Shown: positions 8,474 to 18,705, counted from the first letter of the stretch. The stretch: 64,000 bases of DNA from an uncultured bacterium (GCA_963826535.1 CAWGXL010000010.1:298814-362813), one strand, 5' to 3'. Translations and numbers: made by a program. Notes: generated by a model from the sequence alone, not told the origin.

Positions 8474-10150
8474 GTGCCCCTAACAAAAACTGCAATTAAA
8501 AAGACAAAATATATTTTTGTTTCCGGTGGAGTAATATCCGGAATTGGGAAAGGCACCACAGCCGCATCTATCGCATATCTACTTAAATCCGCGGGATACA
8601 AAGTCGCCCCCATTAAATTTGAAGGCTATCTCAATATAGATGCAGGCACTATTAATCCCATTGAACATGGTGATACCTTTTTATGTGAGGACGGAACTGA
8701 AACTGACATGGATATTGGTACATACGAAAAATTTCTCGACGAAGACATGAGCCGCGACAACTTCGTAACCATGGGCCAGGTTTATCAAACAATTATTGCC
8801 AAAGAACGCAGGTTTGAATACAACGGTGAAGATGTGGAAGCAGTGCACATCTCAGAGGAAATAATAAACCGTATTAAAAAACTTGCCAACAAGAAAAAAG
8901 CCGACGTCGTTATAATTGAGCTGGGAGGAACAGCAGGGGAGTACTGGAACGTTTTTTTCTATGAAGCGTCAAGAATGCTTGCCTTACAAAATGACGGTGA
9001 CGTTATTCATATCCATGTCAGCTATATGCCTACACCTCACCATTTAGGTGAACCAAAAACCAAACCAACACAGTTATCAGTTCGTACCCTAAATACACTT
9101 GGCATACAACCTGATTTTATAGTAGCACGTGGAGAGAAGCCTCTTGATCAACGCAGGAAGGATAGATTAGCCTTATTTTGCAACATTCGGCCTGATGATA
9201 TTATATCCAATCCCGACATGGACTCCCCATATGAAATACCATTAGTATTACATAAGCAAGAGCTTGATAAAAAAATTCTCCAAAAATTACACTTACCTCA
9301 ACGAGCCGCCAATCTAAAAGACATAGAGAAATTAGTAGCCCGGATCAAGAGTCCCAAGAAGAAGCAAATCGAAATCGCAATTGTCGGGAAATATTTCGGT
9401 ACAGGAGATTACCAATTGAGAGATTCCTATGCGGCATTGTTTGACGCAATAGATCATGCTGGTTGGCAGTTGGGGGTAGATATAAAGACTAAATGGATAG
9501 ATGCGGAAAAAGCTGAAAAAAACAGTATTCAAGATTTGATGGGAGCCCCCAATGGAATTATTGTACCCATTGGGTGGGGCCAACGTGGAGCAGAAGGAAT
9601 GATCAAAGCAGCCAATTATGCACGGGAGAAAAAAATTCCCTATCTTGGTCTATGTTACGGAATGCAACTATCTGTAATCGCGTTTGCCAGAGGAGTCTTA
9701 GAATGGAAAGATGCTGATACTACTGAAAATAATCCCAAGTCAACACATCCGGTTATTTACTTAATTCCCGCGCAAAAAGAATTCATGGAGACTAGAGCCT
9801 ACGGTGGCACCATGCGCCTCGGTGCCTGGGATGCGAGAGTAAAAAAAGGAACAAAAGCCTGGGAACTTTATAATAAGTACAATGAATTTATTGATAAAAA
9901 TAAAGACTTAACCAGCGAGCGCCATAGACATAGGTATGAGTTCAATAATAAATTTGTGCAGGATTTTGAGGATAAGGGACTAATTATTAGCTCCCGCTCG
10001 ATAAAAGAAAACCTTGTCGAAATAATCGAAATCCCCGATCACCCATTCTACCTTGCAACCCAAGGCCACCCCGAATACAAAAGCCGCCCCCTAAAACCCC
10101 ACCCAATCTTCCTCGGCTTCATCGAAGCCTGCAGCAAGGAAATTAAGTGA
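8474..10150 (+). CDS. pyrG: CTP synthase
   Basis: N-terminal synthetase KYIFVSGGVISGIGKGTTAAS. C-terminal GATase with catalytic GLCYGMQL. GTG start. Confidence 0.95.
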   Translation: MPLTKTAIKKTKYIFVSGGVISGIGKGTTAASIAYLLKSAGYKVAPIKFEGYLNIDAGTINPIEHGDTFLCEDGTETDMDIGTYEKFLDEDMSRDNFVTMGQVYQTIIAKERRFEYNGEDVEAVHISEEIINRIKKLANKKKADVVIIELGGTAGEYWNVFFYEASRMLALQNDGDVIHIHVSYMPTPHHLGEPKTKPTQLSVRTLNTLGIQPDFIVARGEKPLDQRRKDRLALFCNIRPDDIISNPDMDSPYEIPLVLHKQELDKKILQKLHLPQRAANLKDIEKLVARIKSPKKKQIEIAIVGKYFGTGDYQLRDSYAALFDAIDHAGWQLGVDIKTKWIDAEKAEKNSIQDLMGAPNGIIVPIGWGQRGAEGMIKAANYAREKKIPYLGLCYGMQLSVIAFARGVLEWKDADTTENNPKSTHPVIYLIPAQKEFMETRAYGGTMRLGAWDARVKKGTKAWELYNKYNEFIDKNKDLTSERHRHRYEFNNKFVQDFEDKGLIISSRSIKENLVEIIEIPDHPFYLATQGHPEYKSRPLKPHPIFLGFIEACSKEIK

Positions 10151-10162
10151 CAGATCAAATAT

Positions 10163-11233
10163 TTATTTCATTTGCTCAGAAACGTACATTTCAATAAGAG
10201 GAATTGAGAATTTTGGATTCAAATACGGCATAATAATTGTTGGCGTATTACTGTGTATTTCAGGATCAAATTTTTCCGACGATCCTTTCATGTGACTTGG
10301 TAAATTTAAATCTACATAGTAAAAGTCTGGCTCTCCACTTGAAACAGTAAACGTTGACGTTCCCTTTCTTGATTTAAGTTCCATTCCGCGTTTTTGTCCT
10401 AACCCAACAAGTCTCTCTGCTAATTGTTGCGGATTGAGTGGGAATTTTGCGACAACATCTTGATCCATAACCTCTATCGCAACAAAATTACCAAATTGTT
10501 CATTAAATTCTCCAATTTTTTTCAAATATGCTATTGGATCTAACGTAAATCCGAGATCTTTCCCATGGGATTCATCAGAGTACTCTGCTACAAAGGCTCT
10601 AATTTTTATACCCAACTCTGAAACATTTACAGTCTCAATTTTTAGTGCATCTCTATGTCCTTGGTGGAATATTCTATAAGTTTGTAAATTTCCTTGTTGA
10701 TCATAATCAGTTTGGAAAAGAGTTCCTTCAAATTTAGACTTATCACGACCCTCATCAAAAATATTTGTGTGACCGAATTTATCCTCACGGTAGTACATAT
10801 CTTGTGGAAATCGCTCAATCTGTGTAGGACTGGCTTTTTTCCCTTCACGGTCTTGTTGTTCGCATTTATATTTTAATCTGCTTCCCCACCATCTTTGACC
10901 TGTCAAATCGCGAGCCAGCGAATTGATTGCATATTTATGAGTTTCATAAGTAACTTCAGAGATACCCTTGTCCCTCTCTGTGGCTTTATTAACTTCGACT
11001 AAAGAAGTGTAAATTTCTTTTTCTTTTCGTTTTTTATCTAATTCGGCTCGTTGGTCAACTGTATCAGCATTTAGAGGAGAAACATATCTGCCTTGCGCGT
11101 AGGTATAATTTGTAACAAACAGAACATTTAATAACGAAGAAAGTTCTACTTTTGGTCTTATCTCAGCGGCTTGCCCTGCTTCTGGGATACCACCATGATC
11201 TTTACCTATATCCGAACGTAATTCATACTTCAT
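10163..11233 (-). CDS. Hypothetical protein (about 356 aa, no recognisable motif)
   Basis: Long uninterrupted ORF with protein-like composition. The track start is a TTG at 11269; an internal ATG at 11231-11233 gives MKYELRSD... TATAAT lies immediately upstream of the TTG on the minus strand. Confidence 0.5.
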   Translation of the reverse strand: MKYELRSDIGKDHGGIPEAGQAAEIRPKVELSSLLNVLFVTNYTYAQGRYVSPLNADTVDQRAELDKKRKEKEIYTSLVEVNKATERDKGISEVTYETHKYAINSLARDLTGQRWWGSRLKYKCEQQDREGKKASPTQIERFPQDMYYREDKFGHTNIFDEGRDKSKFEGTLFQTDYDQQGNLQTYRIFHQGHRDALKIETVNVSELGIKIRAFVAEYSDESHGKDLGFTLDPIAYLKKIGEFNEQFGNFVAIEVMDQDVVAKFPLNPQQLAERLVGLGQKRGMELKSRKGTSTFTVSSGEPDFYYVDLNLPSHMKGSSEKFDPEIHSNTPTIIMPYLNPKFSIPLIEMYVSEQMK

Positions 11234-11343
11234 AAAATTTATTACCGTAAAGTAACTTATAAACGACAATGATGGGTATTATATACGAAAATCTACAAAT
11301 TTCAAACAAATGTTCAACCCACAAACTTATAAGCCAGAAAACC

Positions 11344-11372
11344 TTGACAAGTTGTACGACAGTTTGTACAAT
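11344..11372 (+). promoter_or_regulatory. Near-consensus sigma-70 promoter with a direct-repeat operator for the Phd/YefM-RelE module
   Basis: TTGACA at 11344-11349, a 17-nt spacer, then TACAAT at 11367-11372. TTGTAC direct repeats at 11352-11357 and 11364-11369. The ATG at 11380 is only 7 nt after the -10 box, so the transcript is leaderless or nearly so. Confidence 0.55.
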
Positions 11373-11379
11373 ATCTTAT

Positions 11380-11634
11380 ATGACTAATGTAGTTGCTATA
11401 TCAGACGCGCGAGCCAATTTGCCAGAGCTTGTTAATAAGGTTAATAAAAATCTTCAAAGAATTGTAATTACCGTTAACGGACAACCAAAGGCCGTGCTTC
11501 TAAGTGAAGAAGAACTCGAATCACTTGAAGAAACAGCAGAAATTCTTGCTATCCCCGGAGCTTTAAAAAGCATAAAAAAGGGAGAGGGTCAAATAAAAAA
11601 GGGCCAAGTAGTTACCCTTTCTGACCTAAAATAA
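11380..11634 (+). CDS. Type II antitoxin, Phd/YefM family
   Basis: MTNVVAISDARANLPELVNKVNKNLQRIVITVNGQPKAVLLSEEELESLEETAEILAIPGA. The track's upstream extension (11269) is unlikely. The stop is 1 nt before the toxin ATG. Confidence 0.8.
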   Translation: MTNVVAISDARANLPELVNKVNKNLQRIVITVNGQPKAVLLSEEELESLEETAEILAIPGALKSIKKGEGQIKKGQVVTLSDLK

Positions 11635-11635
11635 T

Positions 11636-11888
11636 ATGCAGGTTGTTCTCTCCAAAAATGCTGCCAAACAATTTTCGCGTCTTCCTAAATCAGAACAAAC
11701 AAAAATAAAAAAGAAACTTCATTTACTAGAAACTGATCCTCTTGCAGGTAAAAAACTAGCAGGAGAACTATCAGGCCGCAGGTCACTCAAGTCCTGGCCA
11801 TACCGTATTATATTATAGAATGAACACGGTAGGGAATAAAATAGAGGTAAGCGATATATTGCACAGGCAAGGAGCATATAAGCCTTGA
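11636..11888 (+). pseudogene. RelE/ParE (YoeB-like) toxin interrupted by a +1 frameshift in a TATTATATTATA tract
   Basis: Frame 1 reads ...GKKLAGELSGRRSLKSWPYRIIL then stop at 11816-11818. Frame +1 continues YRMNTVGNKIEVSDILHRQGAYKP then stop at 11886-11888. This restores the RelE C-terminal HR..Y catalytic region. Confidence 0.6.
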
Positions 11889-11921
11889 GTATCTCTCTTT
11901 TTTCCGCTATAATACAATCAT

Positions 11922-12209
11922 ATGGTCACAACTATAAATTTTGTCCCCGGAGATATTGTGAAAGTCCACCAAAAGATCAAAGAAGGAGAAAAGAGCAGAA
12001 TCCAGATCTTCAGAGGAGTTGTACTTGGAATGCGGGGCAGGGGAGTCAATAAAATGTTTACTGTCCAAAAAATGGTCGGACAAATTTCAGTCGAACGTAT
12101 TTGGCCAATTATGTCGCCATTAATTGAAAAAGTAGAAGTTGAAGAACATTCCCGTAAAAAAATTCGCCGCGCCAAACTCAACTACCTCAAAGTACCAAAA
12201 CATAAATAG
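11922..12209 (+). CDS. rplS: 50S ribosomal protein L19
   Basis: RIQIFRGVVLGMRGRGVNKMFTVQKMVGQISVERIWPIMSPLIEKVEV. TATAAT at 11908-11913. Confidence 0.9.
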   Translation: MVTTINFVPGDIVKVHQKIKEGEKSRIQIFRGVVLGMRGRGVNKMFTVQKMVGQISVERIWPIMSPLIEKVEVEEHSRKKIRRAKLNYLKVPKHK

Positions 12210-12215
12210 TTTACA

Positions 12216-12581
12216 ATGCTTACTAACAAACAAATTGCAGGCGCAAAAGGTGAAGACCTGGCAGTTTCGTTTCTTCGAAAAAAGGGTTACAAAATTATTG
12301 AACGCAACTTCCGTATGAGAGGCGGAGAAATAGATATAATCGCGATTGATGATGACACTCTTGTTTTTATCGAAGTAAAAGCTCGTTCAACCACGGAGTT
12401 TGGATCTCCCTTAGAAGCGATTACTTACTGGAAGATGAATTCACTTATAAAAACAGCACAATTTTACAAAAACAAAAACCCCCGCCTTCCGCAAGCTTTA
12501 CGCATAGACGCGGTAGCAATAACCCTAGATGAAAGCAACGAAGTAAAAACAATAGAGCTTGTAAAAAACATCAGTTTATGA
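12216..12581 (+). CDS. YraN family (UPF0102) endonuclease
   Basis: GEDLAVSFLRKKGYKIIERNFRMRGGEIDIIAIDDDTLVFIEVKAR. Conserved synteny after rplS. Confidence 0.8.
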   Translation: MLTNKQIAGAKGEDLAVSFLRKKGYKIIERNFRMRGGEIDIIAIDDDTLVFIEVKARSTTEFGSPLEAITYWKMNSLIKTAQFYKNKNPRLPQALRIDAVAITLDESNEVKTIELVKNISL

Positions 12582-12599
12582 TAATTTCAAACCTATATA

Positions 12600-14009
12600 A
12601 TGAAAAATAAAAAAGTCAAAATAGTAGCCACTTTGGGGCCGGCTACTCATTCGCCGGAAATGATTGAAAAGTTAGCTCAAGCAGGAGTAGATGTTTTCCG
12701 TTTAAATCTTTCACATCAACGTAGAGACAGTATAGTTAATATAGTAAAGTCGATCCGTGATACGGAAAAAAAGATGAACAAACCACTTTCTATAATGGGC
12801 GACCTTGGAGGTTTAAAAGTAAGGATAGGGAATATCAAAGACGATACGATCCTCGATTATGGGAAAACTGTAAAAATTTCCACTGAGCCGGTTATTGGTT
12901 CAAAAGAAATATTTTCAATAAACCATCCTTCAATTATTAAACAATTAAAAAAAGGAACGGAAATACTAATCGATGATGGTCTAATTAAACTTATTGTAAT
13001 AAAAGAATTAAAAAATAATATTGCAATTGCAAAAGTAGAGGTAGGGGGATTGCTACTTCCGCATAAAGGTTTTTATGCGCAAGACGTTTCTCTTTTCACC
13101 ATCGGAGTGCCTGAAAAAGATGAAGAAGATATAAAGCTTATGACTGAAGTTAACGCTGATGCTATTGCAGTCTCCTTCGTTCAGACTAAGGATGATATTT
13201 TACAAATCAGAAAAAAACTCCCACCCGGTTCAAATATCGTCATAATCGCAAAAATAGAAACAAAATTAGCTATAGAAAATATGAAAAATATAATAGCTGT
13301 TGCCGATGGAGTTATGATAGCTCGCGGAGATTTGGGACTTGCTGTGCCGATCGCTGAGGTACCTTTTTTACAAAAAAAATTAATCTCGCTTTGTCTAAAA
13401 ATGGCTAAACCGGTCATTACCGCAACACAAATGCTTGAATCAATGGCAAAAAACCCCTTTCCAACCCGCGCAGAAGTAACTGATGTAGCCAATGCTATCC
13501 TCGACGGCACAGATGCGGTAATGTTATCCGACGAAACCGCCACAGGGAAATATCCACTTCAAACAGTCGAAATGATGAGTAAGATTATTGAGACATCCTC
13601 GCCACAAATACAAGTACGTGAGTTTCATGATGAAACCGAGATACCACATGCAGTCAGTTCTGCTGCAGGATTAATAGCAGATAAAGTTGGTGCGAGAATG
13701 ATTATCGCTTTCACCCAAAGCGGCTTTAGCGCCTTACAGATCGCCAGACATAGATATGCACAGGAAGTTATTGTCGCACTATCTCCAAATACAAAAACTC
13801 TTAGAAAACTTAATTTTTGCTGGGGAGTATACCCCAAGTTTATAAGCGCAACACACAGTTTTGATCATGCCCTGGAACAGACAAAAGAATTTATTCAAAA
13901 TAATGACATAATTAAATTGGAAAAAGGTGAACCCTATGTCATAGTTACCGGCCTGCCCTTCAACCAAGCAGGAGTAACCAATCTAATCCACGTCGATAAA
14001 GCGGAATAA
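12600..14009 (+). CDS. pyk: Pyruvate kinase
   Basis: KVKIVATLGPATHSPEMIEKLAQAGVDVFRLNLSHQ. ...MIARGDLGLAVPIAEVP... Confidence 0.9.
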   Translation: MKNKKVKIVATLGPATHSPEMIEKLAQAGVDVFRLNLSHQRRDSIVNIVKSIRDTEKKMNKPLSIMGDLGGLKVRIGNIKDDTILDYGKTVKISTEPVIGSKEIFSINHPSIIKQLKKGTEILIDDGLIKLIVIKELKNNIAIAKVEVGGLLLPHKGFYAQDVSLFTIGVPEKDEEDIKLMTEVNADAIAVSFVQTKDDILQIRKKLPPGSNIVIIAKIETKLAIENMKNIIAVADGVMIARGDLGLAVPIAEVPFLQKKLISLCLKMAKPVITATQMLESMAKNPFPTRAEVTDVANAILDGTDAVMLSDETATGKYPLQTVEMMSKIIETSSPQIQVREFHDETEIPHAVSSAAGLIADKVGARMIIAFTQSGFSALQIARHRYAQEVIVALSPNTKTLRKLNFCWGVYPKFISATHSFDHALEQTKEFIQNNDIIKLEKGEPYVIVTGLPFNQAGVTNLIHVDKAE

Positions 14010-14196
14010 TAATGCCCTTTATCAATTATCCTGTATTGCAACGAAATATCCTACTAATATTACAAATCAATTTTTGAAATAAGGAAAAAACTGTATAATT
14101 TTTTCAAGCACAAATACAGCTACCCTACACTTTAGGAGCAACTATTAAAACTACTCTTAAATTCTCAAGAATACCGGAATAGTATATAATTAAATA

Positions 14197-14469
14197 ATGC
14201 TGTTTAAACCAAGACAGATGGAGCGCATTGTAAAGGGTTTTGCAAATCATCGACGGATAGCGATGATTGAATTACTGCAGCAGAATCCTGAATTATCGTT
14301 GCAAGAAGTTTCAACCAAATTAAAAATAAACAACAAAACAGCTAGTGATCATCTCCGTAGACTCGAGATAGGAGGACTTATATTCAAGCGTAACCGGGCA
14401 AACAATGTCATGCATAAATTATCTCCTCGCGGCAAAACTATTCTGGAATTCTTAAGAAAACTAGAATAG
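14197..14469 (+). CDS. ArsR/SmtB-family winged-helix transcriptional regulator
   Basis: HRRIAMIELLQQNPELSLQEVSTKLKINNKTASDHLRRLEIGGLI. Confidence 0.7.
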   Translation: MLFKPRQMERIVKGFANHRRIAMIELLQQNPELSLQEVSTKLKINNKTASDHLRRLEIGGLIFKRNRANNVMHKLSPRGKTILEFLRKLE

Positions 14470-14510
14470 AATTTTATATTACTAATTTGTAACATACGCA
14501 AGAAAAATTC

Positions 14511-16508
14511 CTATCTCTCTTGGATCATTTTTATCTGTTCTCTCAATCGAATTGCCGTCTCAAAGTCCAATCCCTCAGCCGCCTCCTTCATAAATTTACG
14601 CATTTTCTTCACCAAATCTTCCCGCTCATCCGGCAAAAGAACATCCTTTTTACCAAATTCGATCAAAGACTCTAGTGTGTGAACTTTTTTCTCTTCCTCA
14701 TTTTCCTCAACCAATTTTGCCCTCACAGATTTCTGAATTCCTTTAGGAGTGATATTATGCTTTTTATTATAAATTACCTGTATATTCCGTCTGCGCTCCA
14801 CTTCATCAATTGCAGCCTTCATTGACTTTGTAATTTTATCGGCATACATGATCACCTCAGAATCAACATTTCTCGCCGCCCGCCCCATTGTTTGAATAAG
14901 AGAAGTTCTACTACGTAAAAATCCTTCTTTATCGGCATCCAAAATAACTACTAAAGAAACTTCCGGAAGATCCAAGCCTTCACGCAATAAATTAATTCCC
15001 ACAATAACATCTTTTTCACCCAGGCGTAAACTATCCAACACATCCTGACGTGCGAGAGTCACAATATCGGAATGCAAATAGGCTACTTTAACCCCTTTTT
15101 CTTCCAGGTAGCTTGTTAATTCCTCGGCCATTCGTTTTGTCAAAGTTACAACCAGTATCCTCTGCCTCTTCGCGACCCGCTTTTTAATCTCTGCAATCAG
15201 ATCATCAATTTGTCCCGCACTTGGCTTGATTTTAATTTCCGGGTCAATAAGTCCTGTCGGCCGGATAAGTTGCTCAACTACCCCGTCTTTTGTTTCCGCG
15301 GCCAGTGACAATTCATAATCATTTGGTGTAGCACTGACATAAACAATTTGATGTGCTTTCCTCATTAATTCATCATATTGCAATGGCCTGTTATCCCGGG
15401 CAGAAGGTAAACGAAATCCATAATCAATTAACATTTGCTTTCTTGACCGGTCGCCATTGTACATACCGCGCAGTTGCGGAAGCGTAATATGTGACTCGTC
15501 AACAACAAGCAGCCAATCCTTTGTCGCAGCCTCAAAATAATCAATGAGAGAATATGGCGGAGTTCCTGGTTTACGTCCGTCAAAATAGATAGAATAATTT
15601 TCAATCCCGTTCACGTATCCAACTTCCCGGATCATTTCAAGATCAAAATTAGTCCGCTGAGTCAACCTTTGTGCCTCTATCAATTTATTTTGTTCTTTAA
15701 GTTCCACAACTCTCTTATCCAGGTCACCTCTAATTCTCGCAAAAGCATCAGTATAAGTTCGCGGATCAGTCATATAATGTTTGGCCGGATAAATTACTGT
15801 TGCTTCGAGAGGATTTGTTATATCACCGGTCAAAGGATTAAATTCATACATGTTAATAATTGATTCACCAACCTCGATTCTTATACCGAAATCTACGTAT
15901 GCGGGAAAAAGATCAATACTGTTACCCCGGACACGGAATGTTCCCCGCTTGAATTCATAGTCGGAGCGCATATATTGCAAATCCGTAAGCCGGATCATAA
16001 TATCCTTCAATGTGACATGAACTCCGCGACGCAATTCAAGTACAAATTTACCATACTCAACCGGCGACCCTAAGTTATAAATACATGAAACTGAAGCCAC
16101 CACAATTACATCTTTCCTCGTCAACAAATTAGCCGTAGCTGCCAAACGCAGTTTATCAATCTCCTCATTAATTTCCGCCTCTTTCTCAATATATGTATCC
16201 GTCTGTGGTATATATGCTTCCGGCTGATAATAATCATAATAAGAAACAAAATAACATACGGAATTATTTGGAAAAAAATCACGGAACTCTTGATAAAGTT
16301 GTGCTGCCAAGGTTTTATTATGCGAGATAACGAGAGTTGGACGTTGCACGTTTTTTATTACATTAGCCATTGTAAAAGTTTTCCCGCTTCCCGTTACCCC
16401 TAATAGAACTTGATGTCTTGCGTCTGCTTTAAGATTATTTGTTAATTTTTCAATAGCCTGCGGCTGGTCCCCGGTAGGTTGAAAATGCGAAGTTAATTTA
16501 AATTTCAT
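14511..16508 (-). CDS. uvrB: Excinuclease ABC subunit B
   Basis: N-terminus HFQPTGDQPQAIEKLTNNL, Walker A GVTGSGKTFTMANVI, helicase motifs and the C-terminal UvrB/UvrC interaction region. Confidence 0.95.
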   Translation of the reverse strand: MKFKLTSHFQPTGDQPQAIEKLTNNLKADARHQVLLGVTGSGKTFTMANVIKNVQRPTLVISHNKTLAAQLYQEFRDFFPNNSVCYFVSYYDYYQPEAYIPQTDTYIEKEAEINEEIDKLRLAATANLLTRKDVIVVASVSCIYNLGSPVEYGKFVLELRRGVHVTLKDIMIRLTDLQYMRSDYEFKRGTFRVRGNSIDLFPAYVDFGIRIEVGESIINMYEFNPLTGDITNPLEATVIYPAKHYMTDPRTYTDAFARIRGDLDKRVVELKEQNKLIEAQRLTQRTNFDLEMIREVGYVNGIENYSIYFDGRKPGTPPYSLIDYFEAATKDWLLVVDESHITLPQLRGMYNGDRSRKQMLIDYGFRLPSARDNRPLQYDELMRKAHQIVYVSATPNDYELSLAAETKDGVVEQLIRPTGLIDPEIKIKPSAGQIDDLIAEIKKRVAKRQRILVVTLTKRMAEELTSYLEEKGVKVAYLHSDIVTLARQDVLDSLRLGEKDVIVGINLLREGLDLPEVSLVVILDADKEGFLRSRTSLIQTMGRAARNVDSEVIMYADKITKSMKAAIDEVERRRNIQVIYNKKHNITPKGIQKSVRAKLVEENEEEKKVHTLESLIEFGKKDVLLPDEREDLVKKMRKFMKEAAEGLDFETAIRLREQIKMIQER

Positions 16509-16632
16509 ACGAAGCTATTGTAGCACATGGAAATTTGTAATAATTTTGTCAGATTAATATCAAGTTAGTTCAGCAATATAGGGATATAATTACCATAATG
16601 TTTACACAAACTCAGTCAGATGGAGGTTTTAT

Positions 16633-18120
16633 ATGGCAAAAAGCGCAGCAGCGTTATCATCAGTTGAAGGTGGCAGAAGTTACAGCTCCGGCCTTGTCAG
16701 TATATCGGGGGGACGGGACAGTGGAAAAATTAGCCAAACATATGGTGGAATTGAAGGAGGTCGACGGGGATCTTCGGAGTTCAGCTCTCGAGGTTTATCT
16801 AGCTTCAAACCAGAGTCGGGCAAAAGGCCAAATCTAAGATTAGTTCAATCTTCATCTCAATCAGAGCGCATAAAGACAAGCGAATCAAGAATAAGATTTA
16901 AACCATATCTAATTTCAAACAACAAAGATTTTAAGCCGATTGTTAGCTATAATAACACAGAAAGCAGACAACATTTGCCTGCTATTAACAAATCACGCAA
17001 AGTAAGTTTGTCACTCATAAAAAATTCAGTTCCGAGTCCAGTCGAAAGTCTGAGGCCTAGGCGACTTTCTGCTGAGGTTTCGAATTTAGATCTTTATAAT
17101 AATGTTATATCCCTAAAAGTCATCAGAGAGCAGAAAAATAATTTATCGTGGCCAACTATAAAATATGAAAATAACGTTTTTGCATTTAAAAAGAAAGCGA
17201 CTCTCCCGTCAATAAATCAAGGCCAAATTCAAGTTGACACCGCAAAGCAAGCTAAAGCTGCCCTACTAAGGAGAGATTTAGACAGAGCTGTAACAAAAAA
17301 ACCAATTGAGAAATTAAAAGTAAAAACTGATCAAAGCTATACTATTAATACTAATGATAGAATAACCGGGCGTAATTACAAAAATTTAACCGCTATGCAT
17401 GAATACCCAAAAACATATCCAGATCAGCCTGTATTTACAGGAATTGCACAAATTTTTGAAGAAACACGCGGATTTACAACACCAAGTCCGGAGATAAAAT
17501 CTATACAAAAAGTATTTGAAAAACCGGAACAACAATTACGTACAATTCAAAGTCATCCGAATACTTTACCTTCAATAAGGAATGAAAGTAAAACACATGA
17601 TCTCCAAGCTATTAATATTGCACAGCAAGAACAGCAAGCTATAAATATAGACATAAATGAAAATACAAGTAATAATCCTCAAATACAACAGGATGCAACA
17701 CCTGCAGCGCCAAAACCTAAAATCAAACCGGAGGAAAAGCATTTTATAGTCTACACGGAAGCAAAAAGAGTAAGATCTGAAATTGCTGCCGCTGCTATTA
17801 AAGAAAAATTTAGCGAAACTTCAATCGATAATAAGCCTGCATATGTGATCGGCAGTTCACTTCAATTACCAAGTCCTCCGCCTCAAGAAGCATTGAGCCC
17901 CATCGCTATAAATGGAGATGGATCATATGCGGGCTTTAGATCTGCTGTAAATAGCGCAATTATTTTTACACCCGAACATGCAGATAATATTATAAAACAA
18001 GCGAATAATGAAAATAATCCTGTTACAACAGCTCGAACCAGGCAAAACGCGGCAACTCCAGAAGAGGTGAGAAAGGTATTGTCTGGTGACAATTCATCAA
18101 CTAAGTCGCCAAGCAATTGA
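16633..18120 (+). CDS. Hypothetical low-complexity (Ser/Gly/Asn/Gln-rich), probably disordered protein
   Basis: 495-aa ORF with no competing ORF on either strand. TATAAT near 16583, divergent from uvrB. No motif recognised. Confidence 0.45.
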   Translation: MAKSAAALSSVEGGRSYSSGLVSISGGRDSGKISQTYGGIEGGRRGSSEFSSRGLSSFKPESGKRPNLRLVQSSSQSERIKTSESRIRFKPYLISNNKDFKPIVSYNNTESRQHLPAINKSRKVSLSLIKNSVPSPVESLRPRRLSAEVSNLDLYNNVISLKVIREQKNNLSWPTIKYENNVFAFKKKATLPSINQGQIQVDTAKQAKAALLRRDLDRAVTKKPIEKLKVKTDQSYTINTNDRITGRNYKNLTAMHEYPKTYPDQPVFTGIAQIFEETRGFTTPSPEIKSIQKVFEKPEQQLRTIQSHPNTLPSIRNESKTHDLQAINIAQQEQQAINIDINENTSNNPQIQQDATPAAPKPKIKPEEKHFIVYTEAKRVRSEIAAAAIKEKFSETSIDNKPAYVIGSSLQLPSPPPQEALSPIAINGDGSYAGFRSAVNSAIIFTPEHADNIIKQANNENNPVTTARTRQNAATPEEVRKVLSGDNSSTKSPSN

Positions 18121-18231
18121 AAATCTTCAAAAACTGAAAATATTAACTCACGTTACGCAATAATCCCAGCTAATTTCTAAACAGAAGTAATGGTGCGTAA
18201 AGTTAGCTATTGCGATATAATATGCTAAATC

Positions 18232-18678
18232 ATGAAGACACTTCTTATTTACGCCACATACTCCGGAAGCACTCTTGAAGTAAGCAATTATATTGCAAGC
18301 GTTTTTACTCAAAAGGGCTTTGAAATTAAACAAAAAGATGCCAGAGAAGTAGAACCTGATGAATTTAATAACTACGACTTAATTATACTTGGCTCACCAA
18401 CTTGGGGAGAAGGCGATGCCCATGATTTATTTAAAAGACTAATTGAAAAATTTGATAATATTACTCTTCCCGGCAAACATTTTGCAATTTTTGGCTTAGG
18501 AGATACTAACTATGCTCATTTTTGCGGCGCCGCAGAACAATTAGAAGAATTCGTAAAAAAGCTAAATGGAAAATTAATCATCAAGACTCATAAAATAAAT
18601 AATTTTTACTTCAACCAACAAGAAGAGATACCAAGAGTTGAAAACTGGGCGATCAAAATGATTAGGCTCCTAACATGA
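18232..18678 (+). CDS. Short-chain flavodoxin
   Basis: MKTLLIYATYSGSTLEVSNYIA...LIILGSPTWGEGD...FAIFGLGDTNYAHFC. Confidence 0.85.
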   Translation: MKTLLIYATYSGSTLEVSNYIASVFTQKGFEIKQKDAREVEPDEFNNYDLIILGSPTWGEGDAHDLFKRLIEKFDNITLPGKHFAIFGLGDTNYAHFCGAAEQLEEFVKKLNGKLIIKTHKINNFYFNQQEEIPRVENWAIKMIRLLT

Positions 18679-18705
18679 AGCATTTTTAGTGCTTAAGTTA
18701 TAAGT

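Noticed and set aside
16598-16837. 79-aa ORF in an alternative frame overlapping the start of the 495-aa protein
   Set aside because: It is a shorter, overlapping ORF. The long frame is uninterrupted for 1.5 kb, so the short one is kept only as a possible frameshift indicator.
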